Positions 18,335 through 29,451 of a DNA stretch of 64,000 nucleotides are shown here, piece by piece (position 1 is the first letter of the stretch; each line of letters starts with the position of its first letter). The position numbers and the translations under genes were made by a program. The stretch lies in assembly GCA_963674755.2 (NCBI GenBank), contig CAXXVS010000002.1, forward strand, positions 320,001-384,000. The letters run 5' to 3'. The stretch is from Desulfobacterales bacterium. GTDB lineage: Bacteria; Desulfobacterota; Desulfobacteria; Desulfobacterales; UBA5852. The notes under the pieces were generated by a model. The model did no database searches, was not told the origin of the DNA, and saw only the letters and a list, made by a program, of their open reading frames with translations.

Positions 18335-19006
18335 ATGCACAACATGGTCATCACTATCGACGGTCCGGCCGGGGCCGGTAAAACCACAGTCAGCCGCGGA
18401 TTGGCCGATCGATTGGGCTACCGCTACATCGATACCGGTGCGTTGTATCGGGGCGTAGCGCTGGCGGCCCAGCGGGCCGGCGTGGCCCCGGGGGATGACG
18501 AGGGATTGGCCGCCCTTTGCCAGGGGCTGCGCCTATCGTTTGTGCGCGACCCCGCCGGATGCCGTCTATACAATGGGGACGAGGATATCGAAGGCCTGAT
18601 TCGAACGCCGGAGATCTCCATGTTGGCTTCGGCCGTTTCGGCCCGACCCGTTGTGCGCCGTTTTCTCCTGGAAGTGCAGCGGCAGTTCGCCCGTGAAAAA
18701 GGTGCGGTTTTCGAGGGCCGGGATATGGGCACGGTGGTTTTTCCGGATGCCGAAATCAAATTTTTCCTCGACGCCCCCCTGGCGATCCGGGCCCGCCGGC
18801 GGCATGCCGAACTGGCCGGACGCTCCGCTCAGACCCTGGAAGATGTTTTAAACGATATGGCCCGGCGCGACCACAACGACCAGACGCGCGCAATGGCCCC
18901 CCTACGGCCGGCGGACGATGCGATCGTCATCGATTCCGCCAATCTGTCCCCCCAGGAGGTCATCGACCGAATGATAGCAGCCATCGGGGCGGACCAGGCC
19001 GGTTGA
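18335..19006 (+). CDS. cmk: Cytidylate kinase
   Basis: ITIDGPAGAGKTT, DTGALYR, EGRDMGTVVFP. Confidence 0.97.
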   Translation: MHNMVITIDGPAGAGKTTVSRGLADRLGYRYIDTGALYRGVALAAQRAGVAPGDDEGLAALCQGLRLSFVRDPAGCRLYNGDEDIEGLIRTPEISMLASAVSARPVVRRFLLEVQRQFAREKGAVFEGRDMGTVVFPDAEIKFFLDAPLAIRARRRHAELAGRSAQTLEDVLNDMARRDHNDQTRAMAPLRPADDAIVIDSANLSPQEVIDRMIAAIGADQAG

Positions 19007-19139
19007 AAGGGGCGCATGCCGCGGTAACATCCCTAATTTTGCTATTGTAACTATAGCTACTTTCTGATAAACGACTTTGGTTATGCCAACCGAAACAGGT
19101 TGCAGCACAAAAATCGGCTAAGGGGGAAATTATTTTTAA

Positions 19140-20975
19140 ATGGAAAATCTAGCAGAAAACAAAGCAAACGACGACAGCCAGCCAGCCGCTACCACCGAGG
19201 AACAGGCCATGGGCGACCAGGAAGCCACAGGCGGGGAAAGCATGGAAGACCTCATGAGTCTTTATGAGGAAAGCTTCAAGCGTTTCGCCGAAGGCGAGGT
19301 GGTCAAAGGCCACATTATCTCGGTCGACAAGGATCATGTCCTGGTGGATATCGGCTACAAATCCGAAGGCCAGATCCGGATCAACGAATTCCGTGACGAA
19401 ACAGGTGAAATCAGAGCGGAAATCGGGGACGAAGTCGAGGTGATGGTCGAGTGGTGGGACGATGAAGAGGAACGGGTCGTCCTCTCCAAGGAAAAAGCCG
19501 CCAACGTAAAGGTCTGGGAAGAAATCAAGCGGGTGTACGACGCGGACGAGACCATCGAGGGAACCATTCAGTCGCGGGTCAAAGGCGGCTTTTCGGTGGA
19601 TATCGGTGTGCAGGCCTTTTTGCCCGGCTCCCAGGCCGACCTGCGTCCCATCCGCAATCTGGATGATCTCGTGGGCAAGACGTTTGCTTTCAAAATCTTG
19701 AAATACAACCGCAAACGCAGCAATATCGTGCTGTCTCGCCGGGTAATCCTGGAAAAGGAACGGGAAGAGAAGCGCGCCGCCACCTTATCTTCCATCCACG
19801 AAGGCAAGGTGGTCCCCGGGACGGTCAAGAATATCACTGAATACGGGGTTTTTGTCGATCTGGGCGGCGTCGACGGGCTGCTGCACATTACCGATATTTC
19901 CTGGGGACGTGTCAAGCACCCCTCGGAATTGTTCGGCATCGGCGACGAGATCACGGTCAAGATTCTCAATCTCGACCTGGAAAAGGAGCGGGTCTCCCTT
20001 GGCATGAAACAGCTTAGCGAGGATCCCTGGACCCAGGCTGCCGACCGTTATCCGGTGGGTACGCATGTCACCGGGCGGGTTGTCAGCCTGACCGACTACG
20101 GGGCCTTCGTCGAGTTGGAGGAAGGCATCGAAGGGTTGATCCACGTCTCGGAAATGTCCTGGACCCGCAAGGTACGCCATCCTTCCAAGGTCGTCTCGGT
20201 GGGGGAAGAAGTCGATGCGGTCGTGCTCGACATCAAACCCGACAGCCGGCGGATTTCCTTGGGGATGAAGCAGGTCAAGCCCAATCCCTGGGATATTATC
20301 GCTGAAAAATATCCCGTGGGGACGACCATCGAAGGCAAAATCAAAAATATCACCGATTTCGGTCTTTTCATCGGTATCGACGAAGGCATCGACGGGCTGG
20401 TCCATATTTCCGACATCTCTTGGACCAAGCGCATCAAGCATCCTTCCGAGGTCTACAAGAAGGGGGATGTGGTTCAGGCCATCGTGCTCGATATCGAGAA
20501 GGACAATGAACGCTTCTCCCTCGGGATCAAACAGCTCCAGCAGGATCCCTGGAAGACGGTCGCCGAGCGCTATGATGTCGGCAAGGAGATCACCGGCACC
20601 ATCACCAACCTGACCGATTTTGGTGTTTTCATCGAACTCGAGGAAGGCATCGAGGGGCTGGTGCATGTGTCGGAGATCAGCAAGGAAAAGATCAAAACGC
20701 CGGTAGGGATGTACAATATCGGTGACGTCATCACCGCCCGCGTGATGAATATCAATAGCGACGAACGGCGAATCGGACTGTCGATCAAGCGTCTCGAAAT
20801 GGAAGACGAACAGTCGATTCTGAGCGAATATGTGAACAGCATGAAGCCGGCCACCTCCACTTTCGGTGAAATTCTGCGCGAAAACCTGCAGGAAAAATTC
20901 AACGAAGTCGATCAGGAGGAGACTCCGGACGAGGATGTGCCGGACGAGAGCCCGGACGAGAGCGAAGATAAATAA
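19140..20975 (+). CDS. rpsA: 30S ribosomal protein S1
   Basis: Six S1 repeats (DIGYKSEG, AFLPGSQ, GLLHITDISW, GLIHVSEMSW and others). Confidence 0.98.
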   Translation: MENLAENKANDDSQPAATTEEQAMGDQEATGGESMEDLMSLYEESFKRFAEGEVVKGHIISVDKDHVLVDIGYKSEGQIRINEFRDETGEIRAEIGDEVEVMVEWWDDEEERVVLSKEKAANVKVWEEIKRVYDADETIEGTIQSRVKGGFSVDIGVQAFLPGSQADLRPIRNLDDLVGKTFAFKILKYNRKRSNIVLSRRVILEKEREEKRAATLSSIHEGKVVPGTVKNITEYGVFVDLGGVDGLLHITDISWGRVKHPSELFGIGDEITVKILNLDLEKERVSLGMKQLSEDPWTQAADRYPVGTHVTGRVVSLTDYGAFVELEEGIEGLIHVSEMSWTRKVRHPSKVVSVGEEVDAVVLDIKPDSRRISLGMKQVKPNPWDIIAEKYPVGTTIEGKIKNITDFGLFIGIDEGIDGLVHISDISWTKRIKHPSEVYKKGDVVQAIVLDIEKDNERFSLGIKQLQQDPWKTVAERYDVGKEITGTITNLTDFGVFIELEEGIEGLVHVSEISKEKIKTPVGMYNIGDVITARVMNINSDERRIGLSIKRLEMEDEQSILSEYVNSMKPATSTFGEILRENLQEKFNEVDQEETPDEDVPDESPDESEDK

Positions 20976-20993
20976 CAAGAAAATCCATCGAAA

Positions 20994-21038
20994 ACTGTTC
21001 CCGGGTGCCTGCGCCATGAGGCTGGCACCCGGGGCAGT
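20994..21038 (+). terminator. GC-rich stem-loop after rpsA (terminator or mRNA-stabilising hairpin)
   Basis: CCCGGGTGCC...GGCACCCGGG inverted repeat; no U-tract. Confidence 0.45.
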
Positions 21039-21090
21039 CTCCCAGCTATACACGACCGATCGACCCGCCCCCAACGAAGGCTGAAGGCCT

Positions 21091-22002
21091 ATGTTCTCTC
21101 GCCGGCATCCACTTCTTTTTTCATTTCTGGTATTCAGCGCCCTGACCTCGGGGACCCTCATCCTCCTTTCCCTGATCATTGCCCTGGGCATGCGCGGATC
21201 GGACCTGGCCGGTCTGGACATGGGCCGTGGGGAAAAAGTGGGGGTGATCGAAATCACGGGCGTGATCGCCGACGCCCGGGACATCCTGGCGCAACTCAAG
21301 GGCTTTCGTGAGGATGGGGATATCAAGGCCATCGTCATTCGCGTCGATTCCCCGGGAGGGGTTGTGGGACCTTCCCAGGAGATCTACCGGGAAGTCATGC
21401 GCACCCGGTCCACCAAGAAGGTGATCGCCTCCATGGGGGCCGTGGCGGCCTCGGGGGGCTACTATGTGATTGCCGGGGCGGACGGCATCATGGCCAATCC
21501 GGGAACGATCACCGGCAGCATCGGCGTCATCATGGAATACACCAATTTTGAGGAACTTTTCCAGAAAATCGGCTTGTCGCCCGTGGTCATCAAAAGTGGC
21601 AAGTTCAAGGATGCCGGTTCCCCGGTGCGGAAAATGACCCCGGAAGAAGAACGGATTCTCAAGGATTTCGTCGACCGCCTGCACCAGCAGTTTGTCGCCG
21701 CCATTGCCGAAGGCCGTCAGATGGACCTCGCGACAGTGCAGAAACTGGCCGACGGCCGTATCTACACCGGCGCGGATGCCAAGGAGATCGGGCTGGTGGA
21801 CCGCATCGGCAATATGGAAGACGCCATCGATTGGGCTGGAGAATTGGCCGGTATCGAAGGCGACATCATCCCGGTTTATCCGCCTCCGAAAAAGCTATCG
21901 GTAATGCGTCTCCTCACAGAATCCTTTTTAGGGGATCTGATCGGCCGTGTGACCCACCAGGCGATGACCGCCGAATACCGCTATACCCCATCCCATCCCT
22001 AA
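21091..22002 (+). CDS. sppA: Signal peptide peptidase (S49)
   Basis: N-terminal TM, DSPGG, AASGGYY, TGSIGVI, SGKFKD, DGRIYTG. Confidence 0.94.
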   Translation: MFSRRHPLLFSFLVFSALTSGTLILLSLIIALGMRGSDLAGLDMGRGEKVGVIEITGVIADARDILAQLKGFREDGDIKAIVIRVDSPGGVVGPSQEIYREVMRTRSTKKVIASMGAVAASGGYYVIAGADGIMANPGTITGSIGVIMEYTNFEELFQKIGLSPVVIKSGKFKDAGSPVRKMTPEEERILKDFVDRLHQQFVAAIAEGRQMDLATVQKLADGRIYTGADAKEIGLVDRIGNMEDAIDWAGELAGIEGDIIPVYPPPKKLSVMRLLTESFLGDLIGRVTHQAMTAEYRYTPSHP

Positions 22003-22607
22003 CCGAAGCTGCTGATATCGCCGGCGCCCTGCCGGATCACGACCGGATCGTCGTCGATGAGCGAGATGACACTGGAAGGCCGGCCCGGCACCGGACCGCT
22101 GTCGATGACCACATCGATGCGGGACCCGAAGTGATCATGAATGAGGGAGGCGTCCTCGAAGACCGTGCCGTCGCTCATGGTGGCGCTGGTGGTCAGAATG
22201 GGGTTGCCCAGTTCCCCCACCAAAGCCAGGCAGAGGGCATGATCCGGCACTCGGATGCCGGCCGTCTTGCGAGGGGTGAGCATCATCTTGGGGACTTCAC
22301 GGGAACCTTCCAGAATGAAGGTGTAGGGGCCGGGCAGCAGACGCCGCATGGTTTTGTAGGCGTAATTGGAAACCTTGGCGTAGCAGCTGATGTTTTTAAG
22401 ATCCGAGCACATGAAACTGAAAGGCTTTTTCTTGTCCCGCTGTTTGATCTGGTAGATTTTTTCGATGGCTTTCTTGTTCATGATGTCGCAGCCGATGCCA
22501 TAGACGGTGTCGGTGGCATAGGCCACGATGCCGCCTTGCCGGAGAATGGCCACCACTTGTGCGACCAGGCGCGGCTGGGGATTGTCGGGATTGATGTTGA
22601 GGAGCAT
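21999..22607 (-). CDS. L-threonylcarbamoyladenylate synthase family protein (Sua5/YciO/YrdC)
   Basis: INPDNPQPR, TDTVYG, KQR..KP, LLPGPYTFIL, GIRVP. Start at 22607 after GGAG. Confidence 0.9.
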   Translation of the reverse strand: MLLNINPDNPQPRLVAQVVAILRQGGIVAYATDTVYGIGCDIMNKKAIEKIYQIKQRDKKKPFSFMCSDLKNISCYAKVSNYAYKTMRRLLPGPYTFILEGSREVPKMMLTPRKTAGIRVPDHALCLALVGELGNPILTTSATMSDGTVFEDASLIHDHFGSRIDVVIDSGPVPGRPSSVISLIDDDPVVIRQGAGDISSFG

Positions 22608-22896
22608 GAACGGTCTCCATTGCGGCGCTACCATGCCGTGGGGGTGGATGAGAACGCTTCCACGGATTTAAGCTTCAAGGAAAATCCAATAATTCAAGCC
22701 GGTTTCAGAAAGCACTCCATATATCGGGCCAGGAGGGATGTCAAGGCGCCAAATAAAACATTGCTAAAGACCGGCCCTTCTGCTAAGGGAGCAGATCAAA
22801 TTTCCGGTCCGCACGATGGCCCCCGGGCCTTGCATCAGGATAACAGCGGACCGTCCCCTTGGGTTACAGCGAATCCATCGAAAGTGCCTTATCTGA

Positions 22897-24414
<1,518 letters not shown>

Positions 24415-24452
24415 GAAGCCGTCCGCCTGCCGTCCTTAGAGAGTTCGCCCGA

Positions 24453-27400
24453 ATGTCTGATACGGCCCAAAGCCCCTTTGTCCACCTCCATGTCCACACC
24501 CAGTACAGCCTGCTCGACGGCGCGATCCGCATCGATCCGCTGCTCCAGCAGGCCAAGGCCTACGGGATGGAGGCGGTATCCATCACCGACCATGGCACCA
24601 TGTTCGGGGCGCTTGAGTTTTACACCAAGGCCACCAAGGCCGGCCTGCGCCCCATCATCGGCTGCGAGATCTATGTGGCCCCCCGCACCCTGCAGGACAA
24701 GACGCCCCAGGATGCCAAGGGGCTAACCCATCTTGTCCTGCTGGCGGAGAATCAGGAGGGCTACCGCAATCTCTGCCGGCTGGCCTCCATCGCCCAGATG
24801 GAGGGTTTCTACTACCGGCCGCGTATCGACAAACACCTGCTGGCGGAACACCACCAGGGCCTGATCGCGCTGTCCGCCTGTCTGCATGGCGAAATTCCCA
24901 TGCATATCAAGCAGGGACGGATCGAAAAGGCCGAAGCCGCCGCCCGCTGGTTTCAGGACTTATTCGGCGAGGGGAATTTTTACTTAGAGGTCCAGAACAA
25001 CGGGATCGACATTCAGGACACGGTCAACCGCGCCCTGCGGGAGATGAGCGCCACGCTGTCCATCCCCCTGGTGGCGAGCAACGACTGTCATTACTTGAAA
25101 AAGGAGGATGTGCGTGCCCACGATGTCCTGCTGTGCATCCAGACCGGCAAGACCGTCCACGAAGGCAACCGCTTCCGCTTCAGCACGGACCAGCTCTATT
25201 TCAAATCCCCGGAGGAAATGACCGCCTCCTTCCAGGAATATCCCGGCGCCATCGACAACTCGCTGGCCATTGCGCGACGCTGTGCCTACGAATTTGATTT
25301 CTCCTACCATTTCCCGACCTTTCCCGCGCCCGAAAATGTGGACACCCAAGACCTCTTCGAAGAGACGGTCCGGGCGGGTTACCGCCGCCGCATGGCCAAA
25401 ATCAGGGAGAAGCAGCCGGATGTCGACCAGGCGCTCTACGATAAGCGGCTGGAATACGAAATCTCCGTGATCAAGGAAATGGGCTTTGCCGCTTATTTCC
25501 TGATCGTGGCTGACTTCATCCGCTACGCCAAGGAAAACGGTGTGCCGGTGGGGCCGGGGCGCGGATCGGCGGCCGGCAGCATGGTGGCCTATGCCATGGG
25601 GATCACCGACCTGGATCCCATCGAGCACGGGCTGATTTTCGAACGCTTTTTAAACCCGGCCCGCATCAGCATGCCGGATATCGACGTGGACTTCTGCATC
25701 AACGGCCGGGACAAGGTCTACAAATACGTGGTGGACCAATACGGCGGCGGGGACTACGTGGCCCAGATCATCACCTATGGAAAGCTCAAAACCCGGGCTG
25801 TGATCCGGGATGTGGGCCGGGCTCTGGATATTCCCTTGCGCGAAGTGGATGCCATCGCCAAAATGGTGCCGGACGTTCTCAATATCAGCCTCGAAGATGC
25901 TATCGCCCTGGAGCCCAAATTCAACGAATTGGCCGCCACCCGTCCGGAGGTTGACGAATTACTCAAAATTTGCCGGGTTCTGGAAGGCCTGCCGCGCCAT
26001 GCCTCCACCCATGCCGCCGGCGTGGTCATCGGTGACAAACCCCTGGTGGAGTACCTGCCCCTCTACCGCGGTAAAAAGGGCGAGGTGGTGACCCAGTTCG
26101 ACATGAAACATGTCGAGAAGGCGGGGCTGGTCAAGTTCGATTTTCTGGGTCTGCGCAACCTGACCGTCATCGCCAAGACCCTCTCACTCCTGGCCGACCA
26201 GGACACGCCGGTGCCCGATATGGTCAACCTGAATCTGGATGACCGGGCGAGCTACACCCTTTTGTGCAGTGGTGACACCACCGGCGTTTTCCAGTTGGAA
26301 AGCTCCGGGATGAAAGACCTTCTGGTGCGGCTTAAGCCGGCTTGCTTTGCCGATATCACCGCCCTGGTGGCCCTCTACCGCCCCGGCCCGTTGGACAGCG
26401 GCATGGTGGATGACTTCGTGGAGTGCAAACACGGGCGTAAACCCGTGGTCTATCTCGTACCGGAACTCGAACCGATTCTCAAGGAAACCTACGGCGTCAT
26501 CCTCTACCAGGAACAGGTCATGAAGATTGCCGCCGAACTGGCCAACTATTCCATGGCCAAGGCGGACGACCTGCGCAAGGCCATGGGCAAGAAAATTGCC
26601 GAAAAGATGGCCGAGCACCGGGATAGTTTTATGGCCGGGGCGCTTGAAAACAAGATCCCGGAGGACAAGGCCAAAACCATTTTCGATCTCATGGAAAAGT
26701 TCGGGGGTTACGGGTTCAACAAGTCCCACAGCGCCGCCTATGCCCTGATCGCCTACCAGACCGCTTACCTCAAGGCCCACTATACGGTGGAATTCCTGGC
26801 GGCTCTGCTGACCAGCGAAATGCACTCCACGGACGGTGTGGTCAAATACATGGCGGAGTGCCGCAGTCATGGGGTCGAAATCCTGTCGCCGGACGTCAAC
26901 CACAGCGGGACCTCCTTCGAGGTCCATGACGGCAAGATCCGTTACGGTCTGGTGGCGGTCAAAAACGTCGGCGAAGGCGCCATCGAAGCCATCGTGGCGG
27001 AAAGAGAGGCCGGGGGGGCCTTCACCTCGTTAATGGATTTTTGTGCCCGCGTGGATCTGCGCAAGGTCAACAAACGGGTGGTGGAGAGCCTGATTACATG
27101 CGGCGCTTTCGACAGCCTGGGGCACCGTCGCTCCCAGATGATGGCGGTCCTGGAGGAGGCGCTCGAGTATGGCCAGCGCATTCAGCGTGAGAAAGCCGAT
27201 CCCCAGATGGGGCTCTTCGGGACCACGGAAACCTCCGCCCCGGAAATCAATGCACCCGGTTTGCCCGACATCACGGAATGGGAGCCGCGCCAGGCCCTGA
27301 CCCTTGAAAAGGAAGCCCTGGGGTTATATCTGAGCGGCCATCCCTTGAATCGCTACGAAGACCTGATGGCCAAATTCACCAATGCCAATGCGGTCAGCAT

Positions 27401-27983
27401 TCGTGAAATTGCCGATAAGGCGGCGGTTCGCATCGGGGGGCTGATCAGCGGGATTCGGACCCTGCGCACCAAACGCGGTGACCTGATGGCGTTCGTTCAG
27501 TTGGAGGATCTCCAGGGAACCATGGAAATCATCGTGTTCCCCGATGCCTATGCCGATTTCGAAGCGCTTCTCGTGGTGGATACCCCGGTCTTTGTCCAGG
27601 GCCAGGCCCAAAAAGAGGAAAATGCGGTGCGGGTCGTGGCGGAAGAGATCGTCGATATGGACCATGCCGAGGAAGTCTGGACCGCCAGTGTCCACATCAC
27701 CTTGGACATGGCCCGTGCCAGCCGTGAACTGCTGCCGGATTTGCAGCATCTCCTGGCGCGTCACCCGGGAACATGCCGGACTTTCCTGCATCTCGTGGAC
27801 GAAAATCGAACCGAGACGGTTATCGCCGCGGATGACACCCTGCGGCTGAAAGCCGGTGCCCGTCTCAACCGCGACATCAACGGTCTCCTGGGTTATGCGG
27901 CGGTGGAAACCCGCTGCGCACCGGCCACCCTGACTGCCAACGGAAACGGCCGGCCCCGGCGAGGGGGCAAACGCGGCGGCTAA
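24453..27983 (+). CDS. dnaE: DNA polymerase III alpha subunit
   Basis: HLHVHTQYSLLDG PHP domain, GPGRGSAAGS, MPDIDVDF, KFDFLGL, YGFNKSH. Confidence 0.98.
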   Translation: MSDTAQSPFVHLHVHTQYSLLDGAIRIDPLLQQAKAYGMEAVSITDHGTMFGALEFYTKATKAGLRPIIGCEIYVAPRTLQDKTPQDAKGLTHLVLLAENQEGYRNLCRLASIAQMEGFYYRPRIDKHLLAEHHQGLIALSACLHGEIPMHIKQGRIEKAEAAARWFQDLFGEGNFYLEVQNNGIDIQDTVNRALREMSATLSIPLVASNDCHYLKKEDVRAHDVLLCIQTGKTVHEGNRFRFSTDQLYFKSPEEMTASFQEYPGAIDNSLAIARRCAYEFDFSYHFPTFPAPENVDTQDLFEETVRAGYRRRMAKIREKQPDVDQALYDKRLEYEISVIKEMGFAAYFLIVADFIRYAKENGVPVGPGRGSAAGSMVAYAMGITDLDPIEHGLIFERFLNPARISMPDIDVDFCINGRDKVYKYVVDQYGGGDYVAQIITYGKLKTRAVIRDVGRALDIPLREVDAIAKMVPDVLNISLEDAIALEPKFNELAATRPEVDELLKICRVLEGLPRHASTHAAGVVIGDKPLVEYLPLYRGKKGEVVTQFDMKHVEKAGLVKFDFLGLRNLTVIAKTLSLLADQDTPVPDMVNLNLDDRASYTLLCSGDTTGVFQLESSGMKDLLVRLKPACFADITALVALYRPGPLDSGMVDDFVECKHGRKPVVYLVPELEPILKETYGVILYQEQVMKIAAELANYSMAKADDLRKAMGKKIAEKMAEHRDSFMAGALENKIPEDKAKTIFDLMEKFGGYGFNKSHSAAYALIAYQTAYLKAHYTVEFLAALLTSEMHSTDGVVKYMAECRSHGVEILSPDVNHSGTSFEVHDGKIRYGLVAVKNVGEGAIEAIVAEREAGGAFTSLMDFCARVDLRKVNKRVVESLITCGAFDSLGHRRSQMMAVLEEALEYGQRIQREKADPQMGLFGTTETSAPEINAPGLPDITEWEPRQALTLEKEALGLYLSGHPLNRYEDLMAKFTNANAVSIREIADKAAVRIGGLISGIRTLRTKRGDLMAFVQLEDLQGTMEIIVFPDAYADFEALLVVDTPVFVQGQAQKEENAVRVVAEEIVDMDHAEEVWTASVHITLDMARASRELLPDLQHLLARHPGTCRTFLHLVDENRTETVIAADDTLRLKAGARLNRDINGLLGYAAVETRCAPATLTANGNGRPRRGGKRGG

Positions 27984-28155
27984 GTGCCCTATTCACAAAT
28001 ACGCTGACATTCGGCCGACCATTCATCCCCGTCGTACGGTGTTGCGAAAAAAAGGCATATACCGGGTATGCCTTAGTTTGCGCGCCTTGTCCGCCAGGCG
28101 ACTTGACCACCTCACGACGTCATCGTTTTTACGAATAGGCCCACCAAGTCGTCCA

Positions 28156-29399
28156 TCAGCGGGGAGAGGAATCCTCCCTCTTTTCTTGTCCCTCTTCGCG
28201 TTTCAGCTCTTCGATCAATTCCAACATCGTGGCTTCTTCCTGAATTTCATAGCTGGCGGGCCTGCCGCTATATGATGGGCGGTCCGCTACGGATACCGGC
28301 CATCCATCGGTATTCACAGCCGTTGGTTTAGTTTGGAGCAGGGACGACTGATAAGGGGTTTCGGACGTCTTCTCAGGGGATGGCCGGAAGGTCTCCTGGG
28401 GTGGGACGAAGCGGGTCTGCCGGGCAAGGAAATGGGTGTAATAGGCTTCCATCGTGAACATGCCCTCCCGGCTGCCGGTTTGCATGGCCGTTTCGATTTG
28501 GTTCAGGCGGTTGTCGCGCACCATGGTTTTGACCGCCGGCGTGCCGCGCAGAATGGACAGCAGGGGGACCCGGAAGCCGTGGGCGTCGAGGTGATCAGTT
28601 TTTGGATCAGCAACAGGGTAAGGCTCGATGCCAGCTGGTGGCGCACCAGGTCCTGCATGTCGGCGGGAAAGGAATTGCACAGCCGGTAGATGGCATCTTC
28701 GGAATTGGTGGCGTGGAGCGAGGCGATGACCAGGTGGCCGGCCTCCACCGCATTGACGGTCAGGCGAATGGTTTCCGGATCCCGCAGCTCGCCGACCACA
28801 ATCAGATCCGGCGCTTCCCGCAGTACATCCTGCAGGCCCTGGCTGTAGCTGGGGAAGTGCGTTCCCAGTTCCCGCTGTTCCACAAAGGATTTTTTGGACC
28901 GGTAGCGGTATTCCACGGGCGCTTCCAGGGTGATGATATGGAGGTTTTGTTTGCGGTTGATTTCTTCCACCATGGCCGCAATGGTCGTGGATTTACCGGC
29001 ACCGGCGGCGCCGCCCACCAGCAGCAGCCCGGTCTTGAGGCGGCAATCGTCGCTGAGCGAGGGATGCAGATTGAGTTTGGCCAGCTCCGGGGGGTGGCCG
29101 GGCAGGAGGCGCACCGCCAGACTGAGCCCCCGCAGGGTATTGAAAATATTGACCCGAATACGCACCTGGCCGATGCTGCGGGCAATGTCCACCGAGAATT
29201 GCTGGCGGAGAACGTCCAGCTCCCGCGGGCTCAGCAGCCGCTGAACCAGCTGATCCAGCTCACGGTGTTCCCACAGCAGGTTTTTGTCAAATTGCAGACT
29301 CCCGTTGCGGCGGAAAACCAGCGGATGTCCTCCGGTCAGATGAATGTCGGAGTAGCCTTCGTCAACCCCCTGTCGAATAATTTTACCGAATCGTTCCAT
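28156..29399 (-). pseudogene. pilT: PilT/PilU-family retraction ATPase, split by a 1-nt frameshift near 28590-28603
   Basis: Frame 1: SDIHL, GAAGAGKST, QRELG, LREAPD..VGELRD, GHLVIASLH. Homology continues in another frame (GFRVPLLSILRGTPAVKTMVRDNRLNQI..MQTG..EGM). The span is 1244 nt, one short of a multiple of 3. Could be a sequencing error. Confidence 0.75.
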
Positions 29400-29451
29400 G
29401 GCGTGGTTTTTTCCTTGTGGGGTCAGCGGGTATTGCCCGTGGCCGCGCGCC

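Noticed and set aside
20925..20965. Threefold CCGGACGAG repeat at the end of rpsA
   Set aside because: It encodes a low-complexity acidic tail (PDE repeats), which is ordinary for S1 termini.
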